Source: Dermatophilaceae bacterium
GTDB lineage: Bacteria > Actinomycetota > Actinomycetes > Actinomycetales > Dermatophilaceae
DNA length: 64,000 nt
Assembly (NCBI GenBank): GCA_039812545.1
Contig: JBDIAR010000001.1
Coordinates: forward strand, 1,946 to 65,945
Direction: 5' to 3'
In this document: positions 9,485 through 18,674 of the stretch, one piece after another
Layout: every line of letters starts with the position of its first letter
Position numbering within the stretch: position 1 is the first letter of the stretch
Translations under genes and position numbers: made by a program
Notes under the pieces: generated by a model
What the model was told of the DNA's origin: nothing
What the model saw: the letters and a program-made list of their open reading frames with translations, nothing else
Databases searched by the model: none

Positions 9485-9621
9485 AGGGCAGACGGAGTTC
9501 CCCCGCTTCGTCAGACACGAAGAGGTTTGATCCGCAGGCCGCCCGCTCCCCCAACGGGCAGAGCCGCGAAGTCCTCGGACGGCCGTGCGCTTTCCCCCAG
9601 CGCACGGCCGTCAGTCTTTTT
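9485..9621 (+). ncRNA. Candidate 6C-like small RNA (three hairpins with C-rich loops; the last is an intrinsic terminator); 5' end uncertain
   Basis: Hairpins: GACGGAG-uucccccg-CUUCGUC (9491-9512), GCCCG-cucccccaa-CGGGC (9541-9559), GACGGCCGTGCGC-uuuccccca-GCGCACGGCCGTC (9578-9612) followed by a T tract. No plausible ORF ends here. Confidence 0.4.
9578..9621 (+). terminator. Intrinsic terminator (13-bp perfect GC stem plus T tract)
   Basis: GACGGCCGTGCGC / GCGCACGGCCGTC followed by AGTCTTTTT. Confidence 0.7.
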
Positions 9622-9790
9622 CCGGCATACCGCTCCCTCGACCGACGCGCACGAGGTGAGCCGCCCGGCCAGTCCGGCCGATGTCCCTCCCCGGCGAGCC
9701 AACGGGCCGTAGGCTGTGCCTTGGTGAGTCCTGGCAGCGAGGACCCGCCATCCGCACGAACCCACGGGAATCCGCCGAGGAGGAACCCGC

Positions 9791-10516
9791 ATGTCTGCTC
9801 GGGTCTTGGTCGTCGACGACGAAGCGCCGTTGCGCAATCTCGTCTCCTCCTACGTCGCCCGGGAGGGATACGAGGTGCGCGAGGCGGAGGACGGCGAGAT
9901 GGCCCTCCAGGTCGCCCGCGAGTTCAAACCCGATCTGGTCGTCCTCGACCTGGGCTTGCCCAAGCTCGACGGACTAGAGGTATGCCGTCAGCTGCGGACC
10001 TTCTCGGACTGCTACATCGTCATGCTCACCGCCCGCAGCGACGAGGTGGACACCATCGTCGGGCTGTCCGTCGGCGCCGACGACTATGTGACCAAACCCT
10101 TCTCGCCGCGTGAGGTGCTCGCCCGGATCAAGGTCATGATGCGGCGCCCGCGGGCCGGGGGTCCGGCGGCGGCCGGTGTCGGCGGCGCGGCGGCCCAGGA
10201 CGACCATCCCGAACCGCTGCGGTTCGGCGACCTCAGCGTCGACCTCGAATCGCGCGAGGCGCGCTTGGCGGGCGAGCTCATCGACCTGACCCGCACCGAG
10301 TTCGACCTGCTGGCCACGATGGCCGAGAAACCGCGGCGCGCCTTCTCCAGGCGCCAGCTCATCGACCAGGTGTGGGGGGACAACTGGGGCAGCGACGACC
10401 ACCTCGTCGACGTCCACATCGTCCATCTGCGACGCAAGCTCGGTGACGACGCCTCGACCGGCCGGTTCGTGCGCACCGTTCGAGGCGTCGGCTACCGCAT
10501 GGGTGACGGGAGCTGA
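9791..10516 (+). CDS. OmpR-family response regulator
   Basis: RBS GAGGAGGA sits upstream. Receiver domain VLVVDDE...DLVVLDLGLPKLDG...TKPF. Winged-helix C-terminus RTVRGVGYRM. Confidence 0.9.
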   Translation: MSARVLVVDDEAPLRNLVSSYVAREGYEVREAEDGEMALQVAREFKPDLVVLDLGLPKLDGLEVCRQLRTFSDCYIVMLTARSDEVDTIVGLSVGADDYVTKPFSPREVLARIKVMMRRPRAGGPAAAGVGGAAAQDDHPEPLRFGDLSVDLESREARLAGELIDLTRTEFDLLATMAEKPRRAFSRRQLIDQVWGDNWGSDDHLVDVHIVHLRRKLGDDASTGRFVRTVRGVGYRMGDGS

Positions 10517-10647
10517 CCCTGCCCTCCCTACCCAAACGGTCGATCAGTCTGGTCCGAGCGGTCGACGTCAAGGCGGATTCGGCCATCGGGCCGCGGCTGG
10601 GCATTCAGGTCCTCATCGCCTTCCTCGGGGTCATCGCCGGTGCGGCC

Positions 10648-11682
10648 GTGGTCGCCGGCCTGCTCGGCTTCCTCGTCGGACCCAGCGTCTTCGAGGAGCA
10701 CCTGAAGAAGGACGTCACCCTCACCCTCGACCAGCGCGCCCACATCCAGAACGCGCAGTTCATCGCCTCGATGGTGACCACGTTACTGTCGGTCACTTTG
10801 GCGTTCGCGATCGCCTCGCTCGCCAGCGTGCTGATCGCCCGGACATTCGCGGTCGCGGTCGCCAACCTCCAGGAGGCGGCCGCCCTGGTCCAGTCGGGCC
10901 GGTACGACTTCGCCGTGCAGGCCGTCGGGCTGGGTCCGGAGATCGAGGGTTTCGCCGACTCGTTCAACTCGATGGCCTCCCGACTCAACGCCGTCGAAGC
11001 CACCAGACGACGACTCCTCAGCGACCTGGCCCACGAGATCCGTACCCCCATCGCCACCTTGGACGGCTACCTCGAAGCCTTCGAGGACGGGATCGCCACG
11101 CCCGACCCGGACACCGTGGCGATGCTGCGCCAGCAGACCCGGCGGATGAGCCGGCTCGTCGCCGACATCTCCTCGATCTCACGCACCGAGGAGCACCAGC
11201 TCGCGCTGGAGATGCGCGACATGACCGTCGCCGAACTCGTCCACTCCTGCGCGGCCGCGGCCCGATCGCGGTACGAGTCGAAGGGCGTGGCGCTCACCGC
11301 GGAGGTGGCCGCCGGGCTCCCACTGATCCGGGTGGACCGCGAACGCATGGAGCAGGTCGTCGGCAATCTCCTGGACAACGCGCTGCGGCATACCGACTCC
11401 GGCGGCGCCGTCGACATGGTCGCGCGTCCCGGTGCCGACGACTGGGTCATCCTCCAGATCACCGACTCCGGCGAAGGCATCCCGCCCGAGCATCTGCCGC
11501 ACATCTTCGAACGGTTCTACCGGGTCGACACGGCCCGCGACCGGCACGCCGGCGGGTCCGGCATCGGTCTGTCCATCGTGCGGGCCCTGGTGTCCGAGCA
11601 TCGCGGCAATGTCACGGTCACCAGCGACGGGCTCGGACACGGCACCACGTTCACGATTTCCCTGCCGCCGTCGCGAGCCTGA
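10648..11682 (+). CDS. Sensor histidine kinase (HAMP-HisKA-HATPase); the true start is probably upstream of the GTG listed
   Basis: H-box SDLAHEIRTPIATL, N-box LLDNALRH, G-boxes DSGEGIP and GGSGIGLSIV. The frame is open from 10507 and encodes the missing half of TM1, but it has no ATG/GTG/TTG (see findings). Confidence 0.85.
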   Translation: MVAGLLGFLVGPSVFEEHLKKDVTLTLDQRAHIQNAQFIASMVTTLLSVTLAFAIASLASVLIARTFAVAVANLQEAAALVQSGRYDFAVQAVGLGPEIEGFADSFNSMASRLNAVEATRRRLLSDLAHEIRTPIATLDGYLEAFEDGIATPDPDTVAMLRQQTRRMSRLVADISSISRTEEHQLALEMRDMTVAELVHSCAAAARSRYESKGVALTAEVAAGLPLIRVDRERMEQVVGNLLDNALRHTDSGGAVDMVARPGADDWVILQITDSGEGIPPEHLPHIFERFYRVDTARDRHAGGSGIGLSIVRALVSEHRGNVTVTSDGLGHGTTFTISLPPSRA

Positions 11683-11707
11683 CGGCGCTATCTGGAAGGA
11701 GCCAGTC

Positions 11708-12352
11708 GTGGGCTTCCCCGACAACGTCCTGGCCGATGGTGAACGCGTCGAGAAGAGTCTCCACCCGCACTGGATGACGGTCTTCGGACCCATCCTGTTG
11801 GGCGCGGTGCTGCTCGTGGGGAGCCTGTGGGTCGTGGCCGCCACACCCGACGACGGCAAGGGCAACCTGATCCAGTGGATCGTCATCGTGCTCGCCGTGC
11901 TGCTCGCCATCCCCTTCGTCGTGGTGCCGCTGCTGGTGTGGCGGACCACCCATTACGTCATCACGAGCCACCGGGTGATGGTGCGCAAGGGCGTGCTGAA
12001 CAAGATGGGCAAGGACATCACGCTGTCCAAGATCACCGACGTCTCGTTCCGGCAGAGCCTGTTCGACCGGATCATGAATGCCGGTTCGCTCAACATCGAG
12101 TCGGCCGGCGACTCCCCGGACGAGATGCTGCGGTTCATCCCGCGCTCCAACGAGATCCAGCAGTTGATCAACCGGCTGATCGACCAGGACGACCTGCGTC
12201 GCCGGGCGGTCGAGGAGCGGCTGATCCGTCGCGATGGGACTGTGGCCGGGACGCCGGGGGCCTCTCCCACCCCGCCGGCTGCCGCGCCACCGACTGCTCA
12301 GCCGCCGGTCGAACCGCCGCACGCCCCGCACGAACTCCCGCGCGACCACTGA
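11708..12352 (+). CDS. Membrane PH-domain (bPH_2/YdbS-like) protein with a Pro-rich tail
   Basis: GTG 11708 follows GGAAGGAG. Two TM helices, then HYVITSHRVMVRKGVLNKMGKDITLSKITDVSFRQSLFDRIMNAGSLNIESAG. Confidence 0.75.
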   Translation: MGFPDNVLADGERVEKSLHPHWMTVFGPILLGAVLLVGSLWVVAATPDDGKGNLIQWIVIVLAVLLAIPFVVVPLLVWRTTHYVITSHRVMVRKGVLNKMGKDITLSKITDVSFRQSLFDRIMNAGSLNIESAGDSPDEMLRFIPRSNEIQQLINRLIDQDDLRRRAVEERLIRRDGTVAGTPGASPTPPAAAPPTAQPPVEPPHAPHELPRDH

Positions 12353-12373
12353 CCCGAGGGACCCGGCCGACTC

Positions 12374-13081
12374 CTACAGATACTGGCCGGTCGGACCGCC
12401 ACCGCTTTGCGGACCCGGAATCACCTGACCACCCGGCCCGGGCACAGCGCCCGGCTGGAGGGCGTCCGGCATACGAGGCTGACCCGGTCCCTGCGGCAGG
12501 GCACGCATCTGTTGGAGTTGCTGCTGCGCCGCCATCTGCTGGGCGACCAACGCGGTCTGTATGCCGTGGAAGAGTCCTTCCAGCCACCCGACGAGTTGGG
12601 CCTGGGCGATCCGCAGTTCGGCGTCGCTGGGTGCGGTGTCGCTGAACGGCAGGGCGATCCGGTCGAGTTCGGCGACGAGCTCGGGGGCCAGGCCGTCCTT
12701 GAGTTCGTCAAGGGAACGCTTGTGGATCTCCGCCAGTCGAGCCCGGCCGGCATCGTCGAGCGGGGCGCCACGCACCTCCTCCAACAGTTGCTTGATCATC
12801 GTGCCGATCCGCATCACCTTGGCGGGTTCCTCGACGAGGTCCGCGGGGTTGGTGGGCCCGTTGTCCGCCCCCGCGGGCGCGTCCTGATCGACCGGCTTCG
12901 GGGGATGGGCGACGCCCATCCCGTCCGGGGTCACCACGACCACCCGGGCGTCGGAGTCCTCGGGAGCGGAGCGGACCGGCATACCGGGAATGGTCCGGTT
13001 GATCGGGTCATGGCTATGTGCCTGCTCATGGTCGGGCCCGTGGTCGGGCCCGTTGGCGCCGTCGGGGCGTTGTTCGCTCAT
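12374..13081 (-). CDS. bpa: Bacterial proteasome activator Bpa (PafE)
   Basis: ATG 13081 follows GGAGGA. Disordered N-terminus, four-helix region (MRIGTMIKQLLEEVR...LVGWLEGLFHGIQ), Gln-rich linker, and a C-terminus ending ...GGGPTGQYL (the GQYL 20S-docking motif). Confidence 0.8.
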   Translation of the reverse strand: MSEQRPDGANGPDHGPDHEQAHSHDPINRTIPGMPVRSAPEDSDARVVVVTPDGMGVAHPPKPVDQDAPAGADNGPTNPADLVEEPAKVMRIGTMIKQLLEEVRGAPLDDAGRARLAEIHKRSLDELKDGLAPELVAELDRIALPFSDTAPSDAELRIAQAQLVGWLEGLFHGIQTALVAQQMAAQQQLQQMRALPQGPGQPRMPDALQPGAVPGPGGQVIPGPQSGGGPTGQYL

Positions 13082-13110
13082 GGAAGTTCCTCCGGTCGAT
13101 CGGTCGTCGG

Positions 13111-14241
13111 TCAGCCGGCCATCGCGTCGAGTCCGGCGGCCAGCCGGGCCACCGTGCCGTCGACGTCGGCCCACTTGTCGAGCCCGAACAGTCCGACGCG
13201 GAAGGTCGAGAAGTCCGCCCCCTCGTCGCACATCAGCGGCACCCCCGCGGCGGCCTGGATGCCCACGTCGACGAACTTACGTCCGGTCTTCATCCCCGGG
13301 TCGTCGGTGTAACTCACCACCACCCCCGGCGCCTCGAAGCCCGGCGCGGCCACCGAGGCATACCCGCGGGCGGCGAGCAGCGCCCGGACCTTGCGGCCGA
13401 GGTCCATCTGCCGACTGCGGGCCTCCTTGAAGCCGAGGTTCCTGGTCTGGCCCATGACCTCGGCGTTGTGCGCCAGCGCATCGGTCGGCATCGTCGCGTG
13501 ATAGGCGGCGGCGCCCCCGACATAACCCTCGGCGATGGTCAGCCACTTGAACAGGTCGAGCGCGAAGCTGCTGCTCGTGGTGCCCTCGATGGCCGCCCGG
13601 GCCCGCGGGCCGAACATCACGAACGCCCCGCACGGCGAACCGCTCCACCCCTTCTGGGGCGCGCTGATCAGCAGGTCGATGCCGAGGTCGGCCATGTCCA
13701 CCCACATCGCGCCGGAGGCGATGCAGTCCAGGACGAATAATCCCCCGACCTCGTGGGTGGCATCGGCGACGGCCCGCAGGTAGTCGTCCGGCAGCAGGAT
13801 GCCGCTGGCGGTTTCGACGTGCGGGGCGAAGACGACGGCGGGCTCGTCGGCGCGGATGGCCGCCACGACCTCCTCGATCGGGGCCGGCGCCCACGGCGCG
13901 GTGGGGGAGTCGTCCACCGGTCGGGCCGGCAGGACCGTCACGTCCTTGGTGATGGCTCCCGCGTCGATGATCTGGGACCAGCGGTACGAGAAGTACCCGT
14001 TGCGCAGGATCAGGCAGGTGCGATCGTGGGCGAACTGACGCGCGACCGCCTCCATCCCGGAGGTCCCGCTGCCGGGCACGAACGCCACGGTTTCGGCGTG
14101 GTAGGCGGCTTTGAGGATCGACACCAGGTCCTGCATCACGGCGATGAACCGCTTCGACATGTGGTTCAGTGCTCGGTCGGTGTAGACGACCGAGTACTCC
14201 AGCAGGCCGTCCGGGTCGACGTCGTCGCGCAGCGCAGTCAT
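13111..14241 (-). CDS. Class V aminotransferase (alanine/serine-glyoxylate aminotransferase family)
   Basis: 376 aa. LEYSVVYTDRALNHMS and LDCIASGAMWVDMADLGIDLLISAPQKGWSG, which contains the PLP Lys in the SAPQK context. Confidence 0.85.
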   Translation of the reverse strand: MTALRDDVDPDGLLEYSVVYTDRALNHMSKRFIAVMQDLVSILKAAYHAETVAFVPGSGTSGMEAVARQFAHDRTCLILRNGYFSYRWSQIIDAGAITKDVTVLPARPVDDSPTAPWAPAPIEEVVAAIRADEPAVVFAPHVETASGILLPDDYLRAVADATHEVGGLFVLDCIASGAMWVDMADLGIDLLISAPQKGWSGSPCGAFVMFGPRARAAIEGTTSSSFALDLFKWLTIAEGYVGGAAAYHATMPTDALAHNAEVMGQTRNLGFKEARSRQMDLGRKVRALLAARGYASVAAPGFEAPGVVVSYTDDPGMKTGRKFVDVGIQAAAGVPLMCDEGADFSTFRVGLFGLDKWADVDGTVARLAAGLDAMAG

Positions 14242-14283
14242 ACCCCCGAGCCTAAACCGAAACCCCGTCCCGCCAGGTATGCC

Positions 14284-14343
14284 GTCAGGACAGTTGGTCA
14301 GGACAGTTGGTCAGGACAGTCGTCAGGTATGCCGTCAGGACAG
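14284..14343. repeat. Short tandem repeat GTCAGGACAG (4 copies, 13-bp period for three of them) bracketed by a 20-bp direct repeat CAGGTATGCCGTCAGGACAG
   Basis: GTCAGGACAG at 14284, 14297, 14310 and 14334. CAGGTATGCCGTCAGGACAG at 14274-14293 and 14324-14343. Confidence 0.85.
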
Positions 14344-17265
14344 CCTTCGGGTCATCGTCGGCGCCCGACGAATCCCGACCCAGGCGATCGCGCCGGCGAG
14401 CACGGGCACGACCACGGCGAGCGCGATGATCGGCGGCCAGGGGATGGTGACGAACGGGCCGGCGATGACCTCGGTCCGGTCGTTGTCGACCCGAAAGATG
14501 CTGCGAGTCGTCGCGAGGGCCCAGGAGATACCCGGGATCGCGCCGACGGCCAGGCCGAGCACGGCGCCGAGTCCGGCGAGGGAGACCGCCTGCGCCGCCG
14601 CCACCTTGCGCCGCGTCGTCCGGGTGGCCCCGACGGCGGCCAGGGTGGCGCTGGTCGACGCGCCCTCGGCGGTCGACATCGCGGTCGCCACCAGCGCAGC
14701 CACCAGGACGAGCAGCGCGACGACCCCGAACGCGATCCAGATGAAGAGCCGGTCGTCGCGCTGGAATCCGCGTTCGACCATCACCGACGCGCTGTTGCCG
14801 AAGGCCTCGTCGATCCGCTGCTCGCTCTCGGGCGAGACCGCCGACCCGTCCGCACCGTGCACCAGGATCGCCGCGGCTCGGTTGGGCAGGCCCAGTTTCG
14901 CCGCGCTCGCGGTGGTGACGACCAGGCCGTATGCCGGTCCTTGGGACCCGCGCAGGGCGTCGTCCAGTCGATCGGCGTCGATCAGGAGGCCGGGCAGCTG
15001 GACCGATCGGAGCTGGCGAACCGGACCCAACCGCCCGTCCGTGCTCCAGCCGATGGTGCCGCTGGCAATCGTGACCCGACCATCGGTCATGGGGCTGGTC
15101 CGGCTGGTGTCTCGGGGCGCCCGGTCCGGGACGATGGCCGCCCCTGCCGTGACGAGGCGGCGTTCGTCGTCGCTCAATCGCAGAGCGTCGGCCAGGAACG
15201 CCGGATCGGCGATCGCGATCGCCCCGTCCTGACGACCGGCATACGTCGTCGCGGTCCGGCACGGCTGCGGGTCGGTGGGCGCCACGTCGGGCGCAGCGGC
15301 CAGCACGCTCTGTTCGAGGGTGCAACCGGGTCGCAGCAGCGCACTGACCCGGGTCGCGGCAGTGCCGTCGCCGCCGGAGCCGCTGCCGGAGCTACCGGCG
15401 GAGTTGTCGGGTGCGGTCCCCGACGGTTCCGGGTACCACGCCTCGCCGAGCAGATAGACCGCGAGCTCCGGGGCCACCGAGTGGACCGTGCGTTCGATGG
15501 TGGCCAGCCGGTTCGGAGCGGCCGAGACGAGGTCCACGATCCCGCCCCACCCGGCCGCAAAGCTCGGGGTGTACGCGCGCTCGCGCCGGGTGGTGTCGCT
15601 GGCGACGACGATCGCCAGGGTGCTGGCCAGGGCCGCGGCACCCAGGATCGCGGCGATCGTCGGGGTGGCCCGGCCGCGCTGTCGCGCGGCGTCCCGCGTC
15701 GCCATCCGCACGGACAGCGGCGCCCGCTCGGTGAGCCGTCCGAGCACGGTCAGCAGGAGCGGGACCGCGAACAGCAGCCCGAGGACGGCGATCACCGCGC
15801 CGCCGGCCAGCACGAGGGCCTGCTGTTGGGCGGCCAGGTTCAGCGGGTCGAACGCGGCCACCGCACACCCCGCCACCCCGGCGACGAAGAGCACGAACCC
15901 GGCCACCGGCATACCCCGGTGCAGTGTGGGGGAGACGTTCTGACCGCGTAGGAGGGCGACGAGGTCGAGCTTGCCCAGTCCACGGCTCGGAACCAGCGCC
16001 GCCCCGATCGACCCGACGATCGAGGTCACCACGACGACCGCCACGGCGAGCCAGGGCACCTCGAAGGGACCGACGGGAGCCGTCGAACGGACGGCCGCGA
16101 CGGCTCGCCCCACCCCCGCCGCGGCGACCCCGAGCGCCGCCGCGACGAGAGTGGCCCCGACCCCGAGGACGATGGCCTGCCCGAGGACGACCCGGCGGAC
16201 CTGCGTACGGGTCCCGCCGTTGCCCGCCAGCAACGCCAACGAACGGCGCTGGCGCGCGGCGCTGACGGCGAAGGCGGGTCCGGCGAGCAGCATGGTTTCG
16301 CCGATGAGTGCGGCGCCGAGAAGGATCGCGGTGTTCACGACCGACGAGGGTCCCGAGCCGCTCGACAGGTCGCGGAGCCGCTGCTCGTCGGTCGGGCTCA
16401 GACCCAGGTCGGTCGGCGGGTCGAGGAAGACCGCCCGCGACGTCACGTGGTACCCGGCGGTGTTCAACGCCCGCACCTGCGGCCAGGTGACCGGTGCCGG
16501 CCCCGGGACGACCCACGCCAACGCTTCGCCGGACCCCGTCGCCCGGTCAAAACCGGTGGTCGCCGGCATCGCCGACACCGGCCGGATCAAGTCGTAGGCG
16601 CTGCCCCCGGTGTCCGGCGACTCGTATGCCGTGCCCGTTCCGACGACGGTGAGGCGTACCGGTGCTGCGTCGCCCGCCGAGTACGTCACGGTCCCGGTCG
16701 TCGGTATGCCGGCAGCGGCTGCCTGAGACGTCACGACCACCTCGGTGGCCGCGGCCGGCCACCGGCCCGAGGTCAGCGACACCTTGCCGGTCAGGGTGGG
16801 TTCGGCGCCGTCGGCGTAGAGGACGGCGGCCCGGCGCTGGCGGTCGCCGAGTACGACCCGCCCGAACTGCGAGCTCGTCGCGATGGGGGTGCGGCCCAGC
16901 AGCCGGCCGATGGTCCGCGATTGGTCGGTCGCGGCGGGCTGGGCGGTGGATTGGGCGGGGGATTGGGCCGCCGCACCCGCGTCGGGCGCGGCGGGACCGG
17001 TGATGTACCACGGCGATCCGTCCGCGGGTTGCAGGACCTGACCGCCGCCGCCCCAGGTGACCAGCGCTTCGCCCCGGCCCATCCGCAGCACGAGGGCCTC
17101 GCCCCGGTCGATGTCGAAACTGGCATACAGGGCCAGCCCGCCGGTCAACAAGAAGACGGCGGCGCCGACGAGAACGGCGATGAGCGCGCTGCGGCCCTTG
17201 TGCCGCCGCGTCTCGAACCGGGCCATCCGCAAGGCCGGGCCCCACCCGGATCCGGTGGCGGTCAT
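14335..17265 (-). CDS. FtsX-family ABC transporter permease (large, two FtsX modules)
   Basis: ATG 17265 lies 1 nt after the ATPase stop. Starts MTATGSGWGPALRMARFETRRHKGRSALIAVLVGAAVFLL. Repeated 4-TM blocks are separated by large extracytoplasmic domains. Confidence 0.85.
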   Translation of the reverse strand: MTATGSGWGPALRMARFETRRHKGRSALIAVLVGAAVFLLTGGLALYASFDIDRGEALVLRMGRGEALVTWGGGGQVLQPADGSPWYITGPAAPDAGAAAQSPAQSTAQPAATDQSRTIGRLLGRTPIATSSQFGRVVLGDRQRRAAVLYADGAEPTLTGKVSLTSGRWPAAATEVVVTSQAAAAGIPTTGTVTYSAGDAAPVRLTVVGTGTAYESPDTGGSAYDLIRPVSAMPATTGFDRATGSGEALAWVVPGPAPVTWPQVRALNTAGYHVTSRAVFLDPPTDLGLSPTDEQRLRDLSSGSGPSSVVNTAILLGAALIGETMLLAGPAFAVSAARQRRSLALLAGNGGTRTQVRRVVLGQAIVLGVGATLVAAALGVAAAGVGRAVAAVRSTAPVGPFEVPWLAVAVVVVTSIVGSIGAALVPSRGLGKLDLVALLRGQNVSPTLHRGMPVAGFVLFVAGVAGCAVAAFDPLNLAAQQQALVLAGGAVIAVLGLLFAVPLLLTVLGRLTERAPLSVRMATRDAARQRGRATPTIAAILGAAALASTLAIVVASDTTRRERAYTPSFAAGWGGIVDLVSAAPNRLATIERTVHSVAPELAVYLLGEAWYPEPSGTAPDNSAGSSGSGSGGDGTAATRVSALLRPGCTLEQSVLAAAPDVAPTDPQPCRTATTYAGRQDGAIAIADPAFLADALRLSDDERRLVTAGAAIVPDRAPRDTSRTSPMTDGRVTIASGTIGWSTDGRLGPVRQLRSVQLPGLLIDADRLDDALRGSQGPAYGLVVTTASAAKLGLPNRAAAILVHGADGSAVSPESEQRIDEAFGNSASVMVERGFQRDDRLFIWIAFGVVALLVLVAALVATAMSTAEGASTSATLAAVGATRTTRRKVAAAQAVSLAGLGAVLGLAVGAIPGISWALATTRSIFRVDNDRTEVIAGPFVTIPWPPIIALAVVVPVLAGAIAWVGIRRAPTMTRRLS

Positions 17266-17266
17266 G

Positions 17267-18001
17267 TCAGGCGCGATGCAGCAGCAGGGATTCGGCGGAG
17301 TCGGGCGAACCCGTGGTGTCGACGACCACCCCGTCGCGCAGGAAGACCACCCGGTCGGCCCAGGCCGCGTGCCGGGCCTCGTGGGTGACCAGCAATCCGG
17401 CCGCGCCGGCGTCCACCCGGGCGCGCAGTACCCCGAGGACGGCCTCGCCGGTGACCGAGTCCAGCGCTCCGGTGGGTTCGTCGGCGAGCACGAGCCGGCG
17501 CTCGCCGACCAGGGCCCGGGCGATGGCGACCCGTTGTTGTTGACCGCCGGACATCTTCTCCGGGTAGCGGTCGGCGATCTGGGCGTCCAAACCGACCAGC
17601 TCGAGCGCCTCCAGGGCGATCTGGTGGGCCGCGCGCACCGAGACACCGTCCAGTTCCAGCGGCAGCCCGACGTTCTCCGCCGCGGTCAGCGACGGGATGA
17701 GGTTGAAGTCCTGGAAGACGAACCCGACCTTTCGACGCCGCAACGCCGCCAACGCATCCGGTCCCAGGGTCGCGATGTCCACGCCCTCGACGATCACGCT
17801 CCCGGAGGTGGGCCGGTCCAGGGCCCCCGCGAGATTGAGCAGCGTCGACTTGCCCGAACCCGACGGCCCCATGACGGCGACGAGTTCGCCGGGGACGACG
17901 GTCAGCGACACCCCGTCCAACGCCCGCACCTGGGCCTCGCCGGAGCCGTGGATCCGGGTCACGTCGCGCAACTGCACGACGGGGGCGCTGACCGGACTCA
18001 T
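17267..18001 (-). CDS. ABC transporter ATP-binding protein (MacB/LolD-like)
   Basis: Walker A GPSGSGKST, signature MSGGQQQRVAIARAL, Walker B LVLADEPTGALD. The ATG overlaps the PadR stop (ATGA). Confidence 0.9.
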   Translation of the reverse strand: MSPVSAPVVQLRDVTRIHGSGEAQVRALDGVSLTVVPGELVAVMGPSGSGKSTLLNLAGALDRPTSGSVIVEGVDIATLGPDALAALRRRKVGFVFQDFNLIPSLTAAENVGLPLELDGVSVRAAHQIALEALELVGLDAQIADRYPEKMSGGQQQRVAIARALVGERRLVLADEPTGALDSVTGEAVLGVLRARVDAGAAGLLVTHEARHAAWADRVVFLRDGVVVDTTGSPDSAESLLLHRA

Positions 18002-18630
18002 TCGACCGCTCCGTTCCGCTCGCCGACGACGGCCGTGCGCAGCGTCGCCCGCGCCGGAGCCGCCCCCGCAGCCGCCGCCCCGGCAGCCCCGCCCTCGCGG
18101 ATCGCCGCCGCGTGGCGGGCCAAAGCCGACTCCACGTGGTCCAGCCATCGGATCTCCGATTCGGTGGCGAAGATGTGGTTCTCCAGGACGAGCTGCCAGG
18201 CCAGGTCGCGGGTCGAGCCGATCGGTTTGCCCGCCGACTTCAACCGGGTCAGGTCGCGCAGATGGCGCATGGTGGCGGTGCGTTGGGCCTGCACCACGTG
18301 CGGAACGTCGACGCCGGGCACGGTGACCGCGAGCGCCAGCTTGATGACCAGTTCGTCGCGAGGGGTGTCCTCCCGGCTGACCGGGGTGAGCCACCACTGG
18401 TCGACCTCGGCGAGGCCCTTCGGGGTCAGCCGGTACGGGATCCGGCCCTCCGCGTCCGGCGGGAGCGCCTCGACCAGCCCGTCGCGCTCCAGCCGCCCCA
18501 GCGTCGTGTAGACCTGGCCGACGTTCAGCGGCCAGGTGCCGCCCGTGCGGGCCTCGAACTCGCCGCGCAACCGCAGCCCGTACATCGGTTCTTCGGCGAG
18601 CAGGGCCAACAGGCTCTGTTTGATCGACAT
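17998..18630 (-). CDS. PadR-family transcriptional regulator
   Basis: MSIKQSLLALLAEEPMYGLRLRGEFEARTGGTWPLNVGQVYTTLGRLERDGLV (winged helix). Confidence 0.85.
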   Translation of the reverse strand: MSIKQSLLALLAEEPMYGLRLRGEFEARTGGTWPLNVGQVYTTLGRLERDGLVEALPPDAEGRIPYRLTPKGLAEVDQWWLTPVSREDTPRDELVIKLALAVTVPGVDVPHVVQAQRTATMRHLRDLTRLKSAGKPIGSTRDLAWQLVLENHIFATESEIRWLDHVESALARHAAAIREGGAAGAAAAGAAPARATLRTAVVGERNGAVE

Positions 18631-18674
18631 CGGCTCTCCCTCGGCTGCCCCGGACCGGCCTCGGCTCGGCCCGC

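Noticed and set aside
9463-10113. A 216-aa ORF spanning the asparaginase/regulator spacer.
   Set aside because: It reads through a strong intrinsic terminator and into the response-regulator gene in another frame. Its composition is Arg/Pro/Ser-rich shadow.
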